Made by a program: the position numbers and the translations under genes. DNA of 64,000 nucleotides from Felis catus (Eukaryota): the NCBI RefSeq assembly GCF_018350175.1, contig NC_058368.1:10478001-10542000 (forward strand), written 5' to 3'. Under the pieces are notes generated by a model that worked only from the letters and a program-made list of their open reading frames with translations, did no database searches and had not been told where the DNA came from. Shown here one piece after another: positions 38,110 to 52,555 of the stretch. Positions within the stretch are counted from its first letter, which is position 1. The number at the start of each line of letters is the position of its first letter.

Positions 38110-40030
38110 TGTTTGATCACTAAATAGGCTGGTGTTGCACACCAAGTGCGTCTAGTTTGGGTCATAGGAGGAGCCAGATTCCAACAATGTATTCCTTACC
38201 TTCAAGGGATATCCTGACATGGTCCCCATCACTGGACCCCCTAGAAATATCACGGAGGTGGAAGGCCTCCAAAAATTTGTAAGATTTATTTTCCACCTTC
38301 TGTCTGACGTGCAAGTGTCTTACCAATATATCTAGGATAGTTGCTACTTCCTGATTGCCAGGCACAATCAGCATAATGTCACCAATGTAATGGGCCAGTA
38401 TGATATCTTGTGGAAGGGAAAGGTGGATCCCTTTCCCTGGGATAAATCCCTGGGATAGGACAGTGCAATTGAATTGGCCTTGACGGCTCAAAGCAAACTG
38501 CTTCTGGTGGTCTTTAATGACAGGAACAGAGATAAGACACCTGTCAGAGCAATAGTTGCACACTAGGTACCAGGGTATGTGTTAATTTGCTCAAGCAATA
38601 AATTCACATGTGGAACCACAGTTATAGTTGGAGTGACCACCTGAGAAACCACTGTCCTTCTTCAAGATCCATGTGTCTACTACGCAGGCCAAACAGGCAA
38701 GTTGAATATGGATGTGGCAGAAATCACCACCCCTGCATCTTTGCATATATGGCATTAATATCTGCAGTCCCTTCAGAAATGCGGTACTGTTTTGGATTTA
38801 CTCTTTTCGTAAACGGAAGCAGTTCTAGGGACTTCCGTTGGCCTTTCCTATCTTAACAGTGCTTACTCTGTGGGCCAGGTTAGCCAGGAGGTTGATTTTG
38901 CCAGTTCCTAAGTACGTCTACTCCAATTATGTGTTGTGGAACTGGGTGGGTTTGAGGACCTCCAAAAGCCCCTGTTTTGATTGGTGGACCACAACGGCAT
39001 CTCGGCTCCCTAGGAATTAGCATCAGTTCAAAGCCAGTGTCAAGTAATCCCTGAGAAATTTAATAATTTCCCTTTCCCCGGTTCACAGTTACCATAGGTC
39101 CCTTCGGGGAAGACTAAGAGAAAGTACAAATTTTAGGCAGTTGCTTTCAAAAGTTGGGTTGCTTTCTTAAAGGGAGTCAACCCCCCCCCCCCCCTTCATC
39201 CAAGGTCTGGGTTTGAAGACTGGAATTAAGTGAGTGACTATTTTGGTGATTCCAGTCAGACTTCTATTTGCCAGACCCAGAATGATTTCACTTACGCAGA
39301 TCAGGTAAGAATTTAGTAGGTTTTCCATCTATTTCTTTTCTAGAGACACTGAGATGAACTAGCCAATGCCATAGGTCTTGGCCAGGTAGACAATCTCGTT
39401 TACTGTTTTGGTCCCAGTGCCTACTACAGTAACCATGCCCACATTAGTTTTGGTAGTTAAGTGCCACTTCTTAGCCCCTGCCAACCAGGGATACCATAAT
39501 TTATATTGCATTTAGAGACCTCAGCTTGGAGGTAGCAGTTCCCCCCGTAATTTCTGAGCCACAGAGAAGGTCAACCATAGAGCTCTTCAAGGTTGCTGGG
39601 GCTCCCCTCCCAAATCTATTTCTCACAATCATGGTAAAAAAAAAAAAGTGTTCTCTGGTCTCTTCCAAGGTGGGCGAGCAGGATTTATCTGATAAGCCCA
39701 CGTTAACATGTTAATGTCCCTAAATCTTTGAGTACCTTCCTCTACAACATATCAAGGCAGATCTGGCATTTGGCTACTTTGGTCCACAGTTCGGTCCATC
39801 AACCAAAGAGCTCCTCCTAACCCCTCAAGCTCAAGCACTGAATTCAGAATTCTGCTTAGTGATCCCATGTAATAATTTTAGCCTCATCCAACTTTATATT
39901 CCTTCCAACTTCATCCCACACCCTTAAGCTCCATTCCCTCCCATACTCCCACTTTCTACCTATGTAAATTAGAAAGATCACACAGTCCTTTTGCGAAGTA
40001 TCACACCTCCTCACATTTTGGACTCCAGGT
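38110..40030 (-). mobile_element. ERV-L internal remnant (gag-pro-pol), heavily inactivated
   Basis: gag: EWSLRVWDEVGRNIKLDEA and RNRFGRGAPATLKSS. Protease: GLLDTGFELMLIP (~39015-39055). RT: HQKQFA..QGQ..TVLSQG..LPQDIILAHYIGDIMLI, with YIDD mutated to YIGD. Confidence 0.92.
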
Positions 40031-41104
40031 AAGAAAAGAAAAATAGGTTTATAAAGGATTATGCTGGGAGAGTTGATCACATGTGAGTGTGAATTGTGGA
40101 TTAGCTCTCAGAATTCTATGTTAAATTTTCTGAATTGGAATTTTCTAAATAATTTGTGCTACAATTATTTGTGTTCTTGTTGTTAGCAAACACATTCAAA
40201 TCTGGGCCAAAATAGCCCACAGCCAATGGTGAATTTCATTCTCCTGCTTCAATCATAACATCAACATTTATGTAGCTCCTCATTTTTTTGGAGAAGTTAT
40301 GTGTTTTTTTCTTACCTTTTAAAGCTGACATTTAAAATGCTTCATCATAAGTTTTACTGAGAAGAATTATCCAAAGCTGATAAATAAGATGAAAAGATGA
40401 TTATGGGGGCTTTTAATGTCCTGCTAAGAGCATTTTCTAACAGCCCAGTAGCAGGCTAATCTGACTCAGGGAATAGAAGTTTGACTTCGGTTTGTGTTTG
40501 ATTAGGGCCCAGTCATTTTGTAATTCTGTCAAGTTACAGGTTAGCTGGTAGAAAAATGATAAGGTGTGCTGATTTTTCTAGTCTGTCTGCTAGAGCAGAT
40601 AAACTCGAGGGCAAGCTTATTGCCCCACAGCACGTTAGCCAATTTTATTTCTAATTTACCTATACTGTTTAAGTGTTCCTTCTTTCACTGACCACATAAA
40701 ATCTTATTTCCTGTTTAAAACAGACTTGTCTTTTGCTGGTTCCTTCTGTAATGGGTTACCTAAAACTCTGACTCACCTATCTGTATGATTTTCAACTTCT
40801 AATTGTACAATTATATTTTTACCATTTTGTGAGTTATACTTTGATGGTTCAAGCAGTTGGAAAATATGTAATTATAGTATATTGTAAAAAAATTAAAGCA
40901 AAACTGATACATTCCTCTTTGGATCTAGCAGATGAATCCAAATACCATGGCAATTGAAGATCTACCATCAGTCATTTAAAAAACACAGGAATGAGCTCTT
41001 CTTCAACAATCAGAAGCTTTAAATCACTGCTTTTCCTCCTTAAACTCCTGTCCAGAATTCTTGAAAGTCATTTATTAATAATTAATCACATTCCTTGGCA
41101 AAAA

Positions 41105-41106
<2 letters not shown>

Positions 41107-41142
<36 letters not shown>
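41107..41142. repeat. (GT)n microsatellite
   Basis: Perfect GT run. Confidence 0.95.
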
Positions 41143-41147
<5 letters not shown>

Positions 41148-42680
41148 ATTGTTTAAAAAATGTTTCCTCTGATTCTGAGGCTTTAAATTAAAAACAATCT
41201 GAGTTGGTTTGGCACTATAATCACTACAAAGACACAAGTGATCAAAACAACAGTTACATAGATTTTTAAGCATTAAGTATAAGAAACTATTTGATTGGAA
41301 ATGCAGCTTTTAGTGAGATTGGTGGAGGTTTATATGACTTTTATATATTCATTGCCATTTTAATTTTTATTGATCAATAAGTATTTGGAAATGGAGGGAA
41401 TATTATTATGGCATGATCATTTAATTCTTTGAAATTCTGAGTTACATGCCAAAAATTATATAGTAATTGATTCTTCCAAAATAACGTTTAGGGATTTACC
41501 ACCCAATAATGCCATTATATGATCTGACAATTTTGTTGAGAGCAAAGTACTAGAAATCACCTCACTTGCATAAGGACCTTTACCTAGTCATTTCCCATTG
41601 CTGACACCAAGATTTTTGGTGGATCCTTCGTTTTGCACTTGGAGATTTGCTTACCCAGAGCAACATGTGATAGTGAAATTAGGGATGGGACAGTGATAGG
41701 CCTTCCTCTTATAGAGTGGAAGGGAAGATGGGCAAGGAGAAGCTGGATCTGCTGTACCATGGTCAGAGTTCACATGCAAGTGCAGATCCGGAAAATGATT
41801 CTGTTAAACATCATAACAACTTGGTATAGTTTGAAGGCTGCTACTCTAGATAATTTGGCTCATGACTCTCTGGGATGCCGCAAAGTAGGACTCCCCTCGG
41901 GCACCAGCGCCAACCTTCCATTGGGTTTAAATGACTTCCCCGTACAGGGGCACTGAACCCACCATATTGGTTGTGTAATTAACCCAATCATACCTGCCAA
42001 TATGATCGCAAAGAGAAATTCACAAACTGAAGAAAATACAACCTAGAAATTATTTGTATCAGAATTTGACACATTTTCTTTTCCAGGGAAAATCAATTTA
42101 AGAAAGATGAACAATATCCCCTGTCATCAGAAGCCAACAGTGATATTTGATTCTGCCATATTAACACAGAAAGTTGCACTGACTCACTTGCCTGGAATTG
42201 AGATGGAGAAATATCCTTTTATGCCCCCAGTGATATGAAGAAAGGCAGATCAACCACAGAAAGTTTAAGTAGTCTAATCGGAGATATCGTTATTTGCTGA
42301 CAAATCAGTTCAAACAACACACAAGGGGAAAAACATATTTTCCCCTTATCCCAATAAGCCTTCAAGGAATTTATACTTAAATTTCAGCAAGTGATCAGTT
42401 TGTAACCCCCTCTTCAAAAATGTAAAAACACAGGCTTTTCCAAATCATTTCCAAATCATTTCATTCTATGTCCTCACTTAGAAGTCAGGGCTAATTAATT
42501 GGGGGAAAAAAAGCAAATATATACAAAAAACATATAAAGCTCCCTAAATTCATTCTAAAGCGTGCTATGTTAACTTGTAGACTAGTCCTTGCTAATGAGG
42601 TAATATATATATATATATATATATATTGCAGTATTTCAGATTATAAGATTTACTTGCCCATTGACTTTATCAGGTATATA

Positions 42681-42893
42681 TTTTTTTTTCCAACGTTTAT
42701 TTATTTTTGGGACAGAGAGAGACAGAGTATGAACGGGGGAGGGGCAGAGAGAGAGGGAGACACAGAATCGGAAACAGGCTCCAGGCTCCGAGCCATCAGC
42801 CCAGAGCCTGACGCGGGGCTCGAACTCACCGACCGCAAGATCGTGACCTGGCTGAAGTCGGACGCTTAACCGACTACGCCACCCAGGCGCCCC
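42681..42893 (-). mobile_element. Young felid Can-SINE
   Basis: CpG-rich; TSD tatcaggtatat. Confidence 0.96.
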
Positions 42894-44496
42894 TATCAGG
42901 TATATTTTAATGCAAGATGATTATGAGGTTCCCCCAGCCTGGAACAGGGTTGACTGCCAATCACATACAGCAGTCTTCATCTATGAGGGGTTAATGGTCA
43001 ATATACTCTCACTTCCTTCTCTTATTTTATGATTCCCTGGGTGGTACTTCAGCCCAGTGGAGAGAGAAATGAGGCAATGACCCCCCCCCCCCCCCCGTGG
43101 CCTCTTTGCTGGGGACTGATGAGCAGTGAAGGTGCAGGGGGCCTAATGATGGCTTCTGGCGCTCTTGGCAGGGGTGAGGCAGAACTATCACCATGGCTGG
43201 GAGTCCATGTTGAAACACTCCACTCATCCTTACCTCTGACCCAGGGAGCAAGCAAGTAGGGAGCCTAGGTTTAACTTCTCAAGTCTGTAGAAACGGGTTC
43301 AGGGGAAGAAGAAGACAGCTTGTTCTTGTAACTCTTGTCTTTTCCCACTTTCAGAAGAGACTAGTAAGGGAAACGGTTCATCATATACAAGCTTTTATTC
43401 TTCTAAGGAAGCAAATGGCTTAGCCCGGGGAAGAGAATAATGGAGGCTAAAAAAAGAAAATCACAACCAAACAATTTGCCCCCAAAACATTTTCCCAAAT
43501 GCTTTGGAAATTCAGTGCTTAAGAGAAGGGCTCAAGTGAGGAAAGAGAAGGTTTCTTTTCTCCCCCCAAATACTTGTTTTGTTCGTTTCATCTAGCATGC
43601 TGAATCTGATGACTCAGAAGGATCGTAGAAGAAGTTATATGAAAAGAGCAGAAGCAGTCGGCCAAGGATACAACTTCAACTTGAAGAATACCCTCCTTGG
43701 TTTAGTTAAAAGATTCTTTTCATGCTTCTTCAAATGAGAGCTTTGACTCCCCAGCTCTCAATGATCATAAGGATTTCCTGGATGGCTTTGAAATTATACA
43801 GATGCCCAAGCTCTGTCCCTGGAGCTCTAAGACAATAGTTAGGAGATGGGGTTGGGGGCACTATTATAAAAAAGATTGTCCCTAGCATAGCAAGGCAGAT
43901 AGAAATGCCAAGTCCCTTTCGTACTCTCCCAGATATGGCTTGGATGACAGGTGCAAATACCTCTGGTCCACTCCTGGGAAAGTGGGTTGGTGCCCTGACA
44001 TCATATGGGCTGTATGATTTATTTTGGTGGGATTCTGTTAAACTGAATAGTAAGAAAACCTCTCTCTTCCTCTTCTGGAGTAGCTCCCTGTTATGCCAGG
44101 AATAGTAATTATTGCTTCTAAGGTCATAACTTAGGAAATATTTTGCTTTTGTTTTTATCAATTAGAAGCATCTTGGTATTTATTTCTTCTGACTATAAAA
44201 GTGCATGTTCATTGTTAAAAATTCAAGGAATGAAGACTATATAAAGAAGAAAAAATATAAAGAAGGTAAAAATCACATGTAATATCTGTACCTGGAGAAA
44301 CTACAGTTCACGTACATAATGCAAGCAAGGTATTATTTTCTGTCTGATCACAATATTGGGATTATATGGTACAAACTGGCTTATTATTTGATTCTTTAAC
44401 CTATTTCAATATTCTTTTATGTATTTCAACAAGATATCAGGAATATGCTGAAGGTCAGCAAATGCACATATACTCACAAGTGTGTATGTGTGTATG

Positions 44497-44725
44497 TTTT
44501 TTTTTTTTTAATTTTTTTTTTCAACGTTTATTTATTTTTGGGACAGAGAGAGACAGAGCATGAACGGGGGAGGGGCAGAGAGAGAGGGAGACATAGAATC
44601 GGAAACAGGCTCCAGGCTCTGAGCCATCAGCCCAGAGCCCGACGCGGGGCTCGAACTCACGGACCGCGAGATCATGACCCTAGCCGAAGTCGGCCGCTTA
44701 ACCGACTGAGCCACCCAGGCGCTCC
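44497..44725 (-). mobile_element. Young felid Can-SINE
   Basis: CpG-rich with a long T tract; TSD tgtgtgtatgttt. Confidence 0.96.
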
Positions 44726-44821
44726 TGTGTGTATGTTTAATGACAGTGTAATATTCCATAGTGGGGATATACTACAGTTTATTCAACCTATATCCTGTTG
44801 GATATTTTGATTATTTCTTAA

Positions 44822-45035
44822 TTTTTTTTTAACTTTTACTTATTTTTGAGAGACAGAGAGAGACAGAGCATGAATGAGGGAGGGGCAGAGAGAGAGGGAG
44901 ACACAGAATCTGAAGCAGGCTCCAGGCTCCGAGCTGTCAGCCCAGAGCCCAATGCGGGGCTCGAACCCACGAACTGTGAGATCATGACCTGAGCCAAAGT
45001 TGTTTGCTTAACCGACTGAGCCACCCAGGCACCCC
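44822..45035 (-). mobile_element. Can-SINE
   Basis: TSD atattttgattatttct. Confidence 0.95.
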
Positions 45036-46226
45036 ATATTTTGATTATTTCTAATGATTGCACATAGTTTTGCACAGCTGTCTGATTATTTTCTCAGAGT
45101 AAATTCATAGTTGTTAGGATGGCTTGTGATACATACGGCTAAATTGCTCTCCAGAGAGAATACCAATTTGGACTCCCAGTAGCATTTTATGGGTGTACCC
45201 ATTTACCCAGAGATCTCATGATTTGAGTATTGTAACCCTTTTTTATATGGGGTACATATTCTGATCAACGAAATCAGTGATGGCTTATTTACTGATTACT
45301 TGCATTTCTTGTTTGTGAATTATCTTTTCATGTCCTTTGCCATTTTCTATTGGAGCATATACTCTTATTAATTTGTGATTAATAATATCCTTTGTATATT
45401 CTGGGTATAAATTCATTTGGTCTGTATATATGTTACAAGCATTTTTTTTTTATTAGCTCAATGTTTAACTTTACGGGATCCATTTGGCTTTATTTTGCCA
45501 TGAAGAAATTTTGTTTATAGTTGGACCTATGAATATTTTTTTCCCTGTAGCTCCAACTTTGCTTTATTTTTGAAGAGCCCTTACTTACCCTAGAACATAA
45601 AAGTACTCACCTATTTCCTCACATTATCCTCCTCCCACTTTTATCAGTTCATTTACATAGTCAGGTAGGTATCTCTTAGCTTTCAACCATCCTCTGTTCT
45701 CTCGGCCACGCCCCCTCCACATCCCTCTGCAACTTTCAGTCTCCTGTATTACAGTAATTCTGATGGGGGTGTGGGACTATCTCAGTGTGGTTTAAACTTG
45801 CGTTTCCATGCATATTAACAAGGTTGAAAACATTTATTGGCTCTTTGGTGAAGTGCCTGGTTAAATCTTTCACCCATTTTTGAAAAATTGATTGATCTAT
45901 TTTCTTCTTATTGGTTTGTAGGAGTTTGTAATGTGTTCTGCATATGAGTCTTTGTCGACTCATCATTAACCTTGTGTCTATTCACCTTGTTAAATCCACA
46001 TGTTAATTCTAAAATTATTACCAAAGATTTTTTTTAATCTGCCACATAGATAATCGTGTCATTTTCACTTGAGTATTATTTCTTCAAATACTTTTCCTTT
46101 TGTTGCCTTACTGTATGGGCTAAGGCCTCCAACCCAATATTGAACAGAAGGAATAACAGTACATAGGCTTGCCTCTTTCCTGATTTCAGGGGCAAAAAAA
46201 GCTTTCACAGTTTTATAATTAAAACA

Positions 46227-46435
46227 TTTTTTTTAACATTTATTTATTTTTGAGACAGAGAGAGACAGAGCATGAACGGGGGAGGGTCAGAGAGAGGGAG
46301 ACACAAAATCTGAAGCAGGCTCCAGGCTCCAAGCTGTCAGCACAGAGCCTGACATGGAGCTCGAACTCACGGACCGTGAGATCATGACCTGAGCTGAAGT
46401 CGGATGCTTAACTGACTGAGCCACCCAGGTGCCCC
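46227..46435 (-). mobile_element. Can-SINE
   Basis: TSD tcac(a/g)gttttataatta. Confidence 0.95.
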
Positions 46436-46469
46436 TCACGGTTTTATAATTATACATATGATGTTTGCT

Positions 46470-46471
<2 letters not shown>

Positions 46472-46517
<46 letters not shown>

Positions 46518-46521
46518 TGTG
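46472..46521. repeat. (TG)n microsatellite
   Basis: TG run with one interruption. Confidence 0.95.
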
Positions 46522-47817
46522 CACGAGCCCTCTATTAGATTAAGAGATTCCCCTTCTATTCTTAGTTTGCTGGGAGTTATTTTTATTAGTATAAACTGAC
46601 ACTGAATTTTGTCAAATGAATTTTCTGCATCTTTTGAGATCACTGCTTTTTTCTCTTTTTGTATAGTGATAAATTACGTTGATTCTTCTTGAATGTTAAA
46701 GAGCCTTGAATTTTTAAAATAAACCCAAATGGTTGAGATGTACTATCATTTCTTTCCATCACTGGATTCAATGTATCAGTATTTTGTTTAGCATTTTTCA
46801 AGTTATGTTCATGAGAGATTAATTTATAATTTTCTTTTCTTTTTCTAATTTATAATCTTTTTATGGAATGTTCTTGTCAGGTTCTGGTGTTAAGGTTATA
46901 CTGGTTTTATAAAACAACTTGAGGTGTGTTTCCAACTTTTCTATTTGAAGACAGCAATTCGTTTAAACTTGGCATTATTCCTTCCTTAAATGTTTGGAAG
47001 AAGTCACTGGTGAAGCAATCTGGCCTGGCATTCTCTTTATGAGGCGGTTTTAAATTATGGATTCAATTTCTTTGATATTTTCGGATATTTCTATTCCTGG
47101 GTCAGTTTTGGTAAACTGTACTTGTTCAAGAGATTTCCTCATTTTACCCCCAAATTTAAATTTATTGACATAGCATTGTGCTTATCATCTTTTCAATGTC
47201 TTATCCTTTCAAAGTCTACAAAATCTGTCATTAACACCACTTTCTCAATCCTGATAATAGTCAATTAGGTCTTTTGTCTTTTTTCATTATAAGTCTTGCC
47301 TCGGCTTTTCAAAGAACCAGCTTCGATTTCATGGTTTTTCTCTATTGTACCTTTATTTCCTATTTAATTATTTCCTTCCCTGTTCTTAATGATTCCCTTC
47401 TCTTATTTTCTTGGGATTTATTTTGCTATTTTGTTTTTTTCCTCAAAAGTGAATGCTTAGATCAGATCTTAATTTTTAGCCTTTCTTATTTTTCTAATAT
47501 ATACTTTCTAATATATACATATGCATTTTAAATTCCCTATAGGGCACAATTTTAATTGCGTCCCACAAGCCTTCATATATGGAATTTATTATTATTTAGT
47601 TCAAACTATTTCAAAGCTTCCATTGTAATTTATCCTTTTATCTATGGACTATTTAGAAATATGTTAAAATTTCAAGGTTTCAAAGTTTTTTACTCCTTTC
47701 TACATTATTGTGATTCCACTGGGATAATTTCCTTTTACTTTTCCATTTACCATCTATACAATTTTGTTTTTTTTTTTTTTAGCATGGGTTATCTGGCGAC
47801 AAATTCTCTTCCTTCAC

Positions 47818-50320
47818 TTTTTTTGAGATATAATTGACATATGACATTATATTAGTTTCAGGTACACAATATAATGGTTCAATATATGTATATATTGTGA
47901 AATTATTACCACAATATGTCTAGTTAACATCCATCAACATACAGAATTACGAATTTTTTCTTAGGATGACAAATTTTAAGATCTACTCTATTAGTGACTA
48001 CCAAAGGTATATATAATATGGTATTATTAACTATAATCACCATGCTGTACATTACATCCCCATGACTTATTTATTTTATAACTAGAAGTTTTTACTTTCT
48101 GTATCCTTTCATTCATTTCGCCCACCCCGTCCCCCACCTCTGGCAACCACCAGCCTGTCCTCTGTATCTATGAGTTTTTTTTTTAATTTCTACATATCAG
48201 TGAGACCATACTGTACTGATTTTTTTTTTCTGACTTATTTCACTTAGCGTAATGCCCTCAAGTTCCATCTTTGTTGTGGTTGAACAATGCTCCATTGTAT
48301 ATATGCCACAATTTCTTTATTCACTCATCCATTAATGAATACTTAGGTTGTTTCCATGTTTTGGCTGTTGTAAATAATGCTGTAATGAATGTGAGGATGC
48401 AGAAATGTTTGCAAATTACTGTTTTCATTTCCCTTAAATAATTACCAAAAGGTTGAATTGCTGGATAATATAGTGGTTCTATTAAAATTTTGAGGAAACT
48501 TCATACTATTTTACATAGTGGCTACACCAATTTACATCTTCGCCACCAGTGCACAAGGGTTCCCTTTTTTCCATGTCCTCACCGACACTTATTATCTCTT
48601 ATCTTTTAAAAAAATTTTTAATGTTTATTTATTTTTGAGAGAGAGAGAGAGAGAGACAGAGTGTAAGTGGGGGAGGGGTAGAGAGAGAGGGAGACACAGA
48701 ATCCAAAGCAGGTTCCAGGTTCTGAGCTGTCATCATAGAGTCCGACACGGGGCTCAAACTCACGGACCTTGAGATCAATGACCTGAGCAGAAGTCAGATG
48801 CTCAACCAACTGCGCCACCCAAGTGCCCGTCTCTTGTCTTTTTGATAACAGTCATTCCAGCAGATGTGAGGTGATACATCACTGTAGTTTTGATTTGCAT
48901 TTCCCTGATGCTTGCTGAAGTTAGAGCACTTTTTCATGTACCTGTTGTCTATATTTTTTATTTGGGAAAATGCCGATTTGGGTCTTAGGCCCATTTTTTA
49001 AATGGATTTGTTGTTATTGAGTTGTGTGAGTTCTTTATGTATTTTGGATACTAATCCTTTACCAGACATATGGTTTGCAAATATCTTCTCCCAATCAGTA
49101 GGTTGCTTTGTCATTTTGATGGTTTTCCTTGCTATGAAGCTTTTTAGTTTGATGCACTCTCCCTCCATTTATTTTTATTCTTGTTGCTTTTACTGTCAGA
49201 TTGAAAAAATCATCACCAAGACCCAGGTCAAGTTTTGGTGCTTTGCCACCTGTGTTTTCTTCTAGTTTTACGGTTTCAGGTTTTACATTTGAGTCTTTAA
49301 TCCATTTTGAATAAATTTTTGTGTATGGCAAAAGACAGTGGTCCAGTTTCATTCTTTTGTATGTACTCGTCCAGTTTCCCAAACACCATTTACTGAAGAG
49401 ACTGTCCTTTCCCCATTGTATATTCTTGGCTTTTTTGTTGTGGTTTAATTAGCCATATATATGTGAGTTTATTTCTGGGTTCTTTATTCTATTCAACTGA
49501 TCTATGTGTCTGTTTTTATGTCAATATCATTTATTGTCATAAGATTTATAATATTGTTTGAAATCAAGGATCATGATGCCTTCAGCTTTGTTCTTCTTTC
49601 TCAAGATTTCTTTGGCTTTTCAGGGTCTTTTGTGGTTCCGTACAAATTTTAGGATTGTTTGTTCTATTTCTGTGAAAAATGCCATTGGAATTTTCATAAG
49701 GATTACACTGATCTGTAGATTGCTTTGGGGAGTATGGACATTTTAACAATATTAATTCTTCTAATCTGTGAACATGGAACATTTTCCCAGTTTTTTGTGT
49801 CATCCTCAATTTCTTTCATTAATGTAGCTTGCAGAGTATAGTTCTTTTACCTCCTTAATTTAGTTTATTCCTAGATATTTTATTCTTTTTGAGCCCATTG
49901 TAAACAGGATTGTTTTTCTTAATTTCTCTGATAGTTTATTGTTAGTGTATATGAACAACAGATTTTTGTGTACTTATTTTGTATCTTGCTATTTTATTGA
50001 ATTCTTTTATTAAAATAATTTTTTTAGGGTTTTCTATATATAGCATCATGTTTTCTGCAAATAGTGACAGTTTTATTTCTTCCTTTCCAGTTTGGATGAC
50101 TTTTCTTTTTCTTGCCTCATCGGTCTTGCTAGGACTTCCAGTACTATGTCGAATAAAAGTGGCACAAATGGACATTCTTGTCTTATTCCTGAGCGTGGAG
50201 GAAAAGCTTTTAGCTTTTCACCATCGGGTATAATGTTAGGTGTGAGCTTATCATTTATTATGTTGAGGTACATTCTACACTATACCCACTTTGCTCAGAG
50301 TTTTTACCATAAATGAATGT
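47818..50320 (-). mobile_element. 5'-truncated L1 (L1MA9-like 3' end) nested in an older L1
   Basis: 3' end tgagatataattgacatatgacattatattagtttcaggtacac. ORF2 pieces: [54 protein letters not shown]. Confidence 0.9.
48605..48828 (-). mobile_element. Can-SINE inside L1
   Basis: Typical body; imperfect TSD tctctt(a/g)tctttt. Confidence 0.93.
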
Positions 50321-50759
50321 TTCTTTACATTTAAAATTAAAAATGGTCTATATTTCACCTCTCCTTTTGAAAGACTTTGATTTTTTTCTTATATAATTTC
50401 CAGCTATTTTTATTTCATCACTCCTTAAGATGCATTTCATTGTCTTCTGGCTTCATAATTTCTGTCGGTAAGTGAATATTTCTTTTTTTTTTCTTCCTGG
50501 AAATTAATACATATTTTTTTCTGTTTTTAAAATTTACCTTTATCTTGGTTTTCAGCAATGTTATTATAGTGTGTCTAGTTGTGGTTTTACTAATTTTTAT
50601 AAGGTCTTGTGTTCATAGAGAGTCTTGAATCTGTGGCTAATATCTTTCATCAGTTTTAGAAAATTATCAGTTATTCGTCCCTTCAGATATATTTCTATTC
50701 CGTTCTCTCTTTTCTCTCCTTCTGAGACACATATAGCATTCACTCCACCACTTAGTTTC

Positions 50760-50965
50760 TATTTTTGTATTTTTGTAGGTTTGAGAGAGAAAAGAGAGAA
50801 CAAGCAGGGTAGGGGCAGAGAGAGAGGGAGAGAGAGTATCCCAAGCAGGCTCTGAACTGTCAGTGTGAAGCCTGATGTGGGGCTTGAACTCACGAACTGT
50901 GAGATTGTGCTCTGAGCTGAAACCAAGAGTCCAATGCTTAACTGACTGAGCTACCCAGGTGCCCC
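50760..50965 (-). mobile_element. Older Can-SINE
   Basis: Diverged body and head ctacccaggtgcccc. Confidence 0.9.
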
Positions 50966-51261
50966 TATTATTGTATTTTCCATCCTCTTTCTTCTTTTTG
51001 TGGTTTGTCTGAATTGTTTCAAATGACTTGATGTCCCCATTCACTATTTTTTCTGCTGTGAATTTTCTCTTAAATTTATTTTGTTCTTAAAGTCAGTAAT
51101 AGGAATTTTAACATCTAGAATTTCCATTTGACTTTAAATAGATTCCAGTATTATGGCAAAATTCTCTATCATTTCATCTATCTTCCAGATTATCTATTTC
51201 TGTTGCTTGTTTTATCTTTTGATAATAAGTTATTTTTCTTGTCTCATGCCATGCCTGGTAT

Positions 51262-51486
51262 TTTTTTATTTAAAAAAATTTTTAACATTTTTATTTATTA
51301 TTGACAGAGAGAGACAGAGCATGAGCATGGGAGGGGCAGAGAGAGAGGGAGACACAGAATCAGAAGCAGGTTCCAGGCTCTGAGTTGTCAGCACAGTGCC
51401 CGACGCAGGGCTCAAACTCACAAACTGCAAGATCATGACTTGAGCCCAACTCAGATGCTTTACCGACTGAGCCACCCAGGCACCCC
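51262..51486 (-). mobile_element. Can-SINE
   Basis: TSD cctggtattttttt. Confidence 0.94.
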
Positions 51487-52555
51487 TGGTATTTTTTATT
51501 GAATGCTGGACACTTTGTATGAAATATATCAGCTGTGGGTGATTTTATCTCTCTCAGAGATTATTTAATTTCCCTTTAGGAAATAGTTAAACTAGTGGCA
51601 AAAAATTTGATCAAATCAGGGTTTGACATGATTCAAGTCGGACTTCAGGCTTTCTAAGATCTTGTTGTTCCACTTTGTCCTTTCATCTAGGCCTTGGCAC
51701 TTTAGGGATCTCAGCTGAAAATCTGAAATATTTACGAAGGTCCTTCCTCCTTCTCTTATCCTGATCTGCAATTTTACTTCCCCCAGGTCTGGTAGAGTGT
51801 GTAAACTCTGTTTCATCATGTAGCCATTTAGTAACTATTTTCTGCTTGATTTCTTGGCCTCTTGACCCAGAATAGTTTATGATACAGCAAACTCTTTGAG
51901 GATAAATGCAGTATAGAATGATGCAGAATGTTGGACTCACTTTTCTGTGGTTTCCTTTACTTTAGGATCTTAGTACTTCAAGTCTGGCACCCCACATTCA
52001 GTAGAAAAATCCCAAGTAGAAAAATCTCTAGGCAGCTATATTCTGCTTAGCCTCAATCTTTTGCACTAAAAGCAAGCAATTCCTTCAGAGGAAAGGGGAC
52101 AAAGATGGTCCAGCTCATCTAATATATTGTCCTTTATTCTGTGCTCTTACCTCTTTATATTATTTATTGATTTTAACAAACTATCATAAACTTAGAGACT
52201 CAAAACAACACAAATTATTATTTCACAGTTATTAGGGTCAGGATTCCAGACACAGCTTAGCTGAGTCTTCTTCTTCCAGTTCTCTTATGAAGCTGCCACT
52301 AAGGTGTCAGCTAGAACTAAGATTTAATTTTAAGGTTAGACCAGGAAAGAATCTACTTCCAAGCTCACAGTGGTTGTTAGCAGGTTTCAGTTCCTTCAGT
52401 TCCAGGCTGTTAGACTGAGGGCTTCATTTCCTGACTAGCTTTTGGCCATAGGCTGTCCTCAGTTCCTTACCATACAGGCTATTCCAACATGCATGCTTTC
52501 TTCACCAAAGTATACTAGCTGAGAGCTCAGTAGAGTCAGTTAGCAAGATGGAGGT

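Larger units (their letters stand above)
45040..52000 (-). mobile_element. Patchwork of old L1 remnants, with a nested younger L1 and SINEs
   Basis: T-rich strand with L1 ORF2 and 3'-region signatures (MISKDAENSFDKIQ; QKWVKDLTRHFTKE). Boundaries are approximate. Confidence 0.7.

Noticed and set aside
43570..43720. Possible exon (T-rich tract, tag|, short open frame MLNLMTQKDRRR...)
   Set aside because: No convincing donor site, no recognisable protein similarity and no partner exons.
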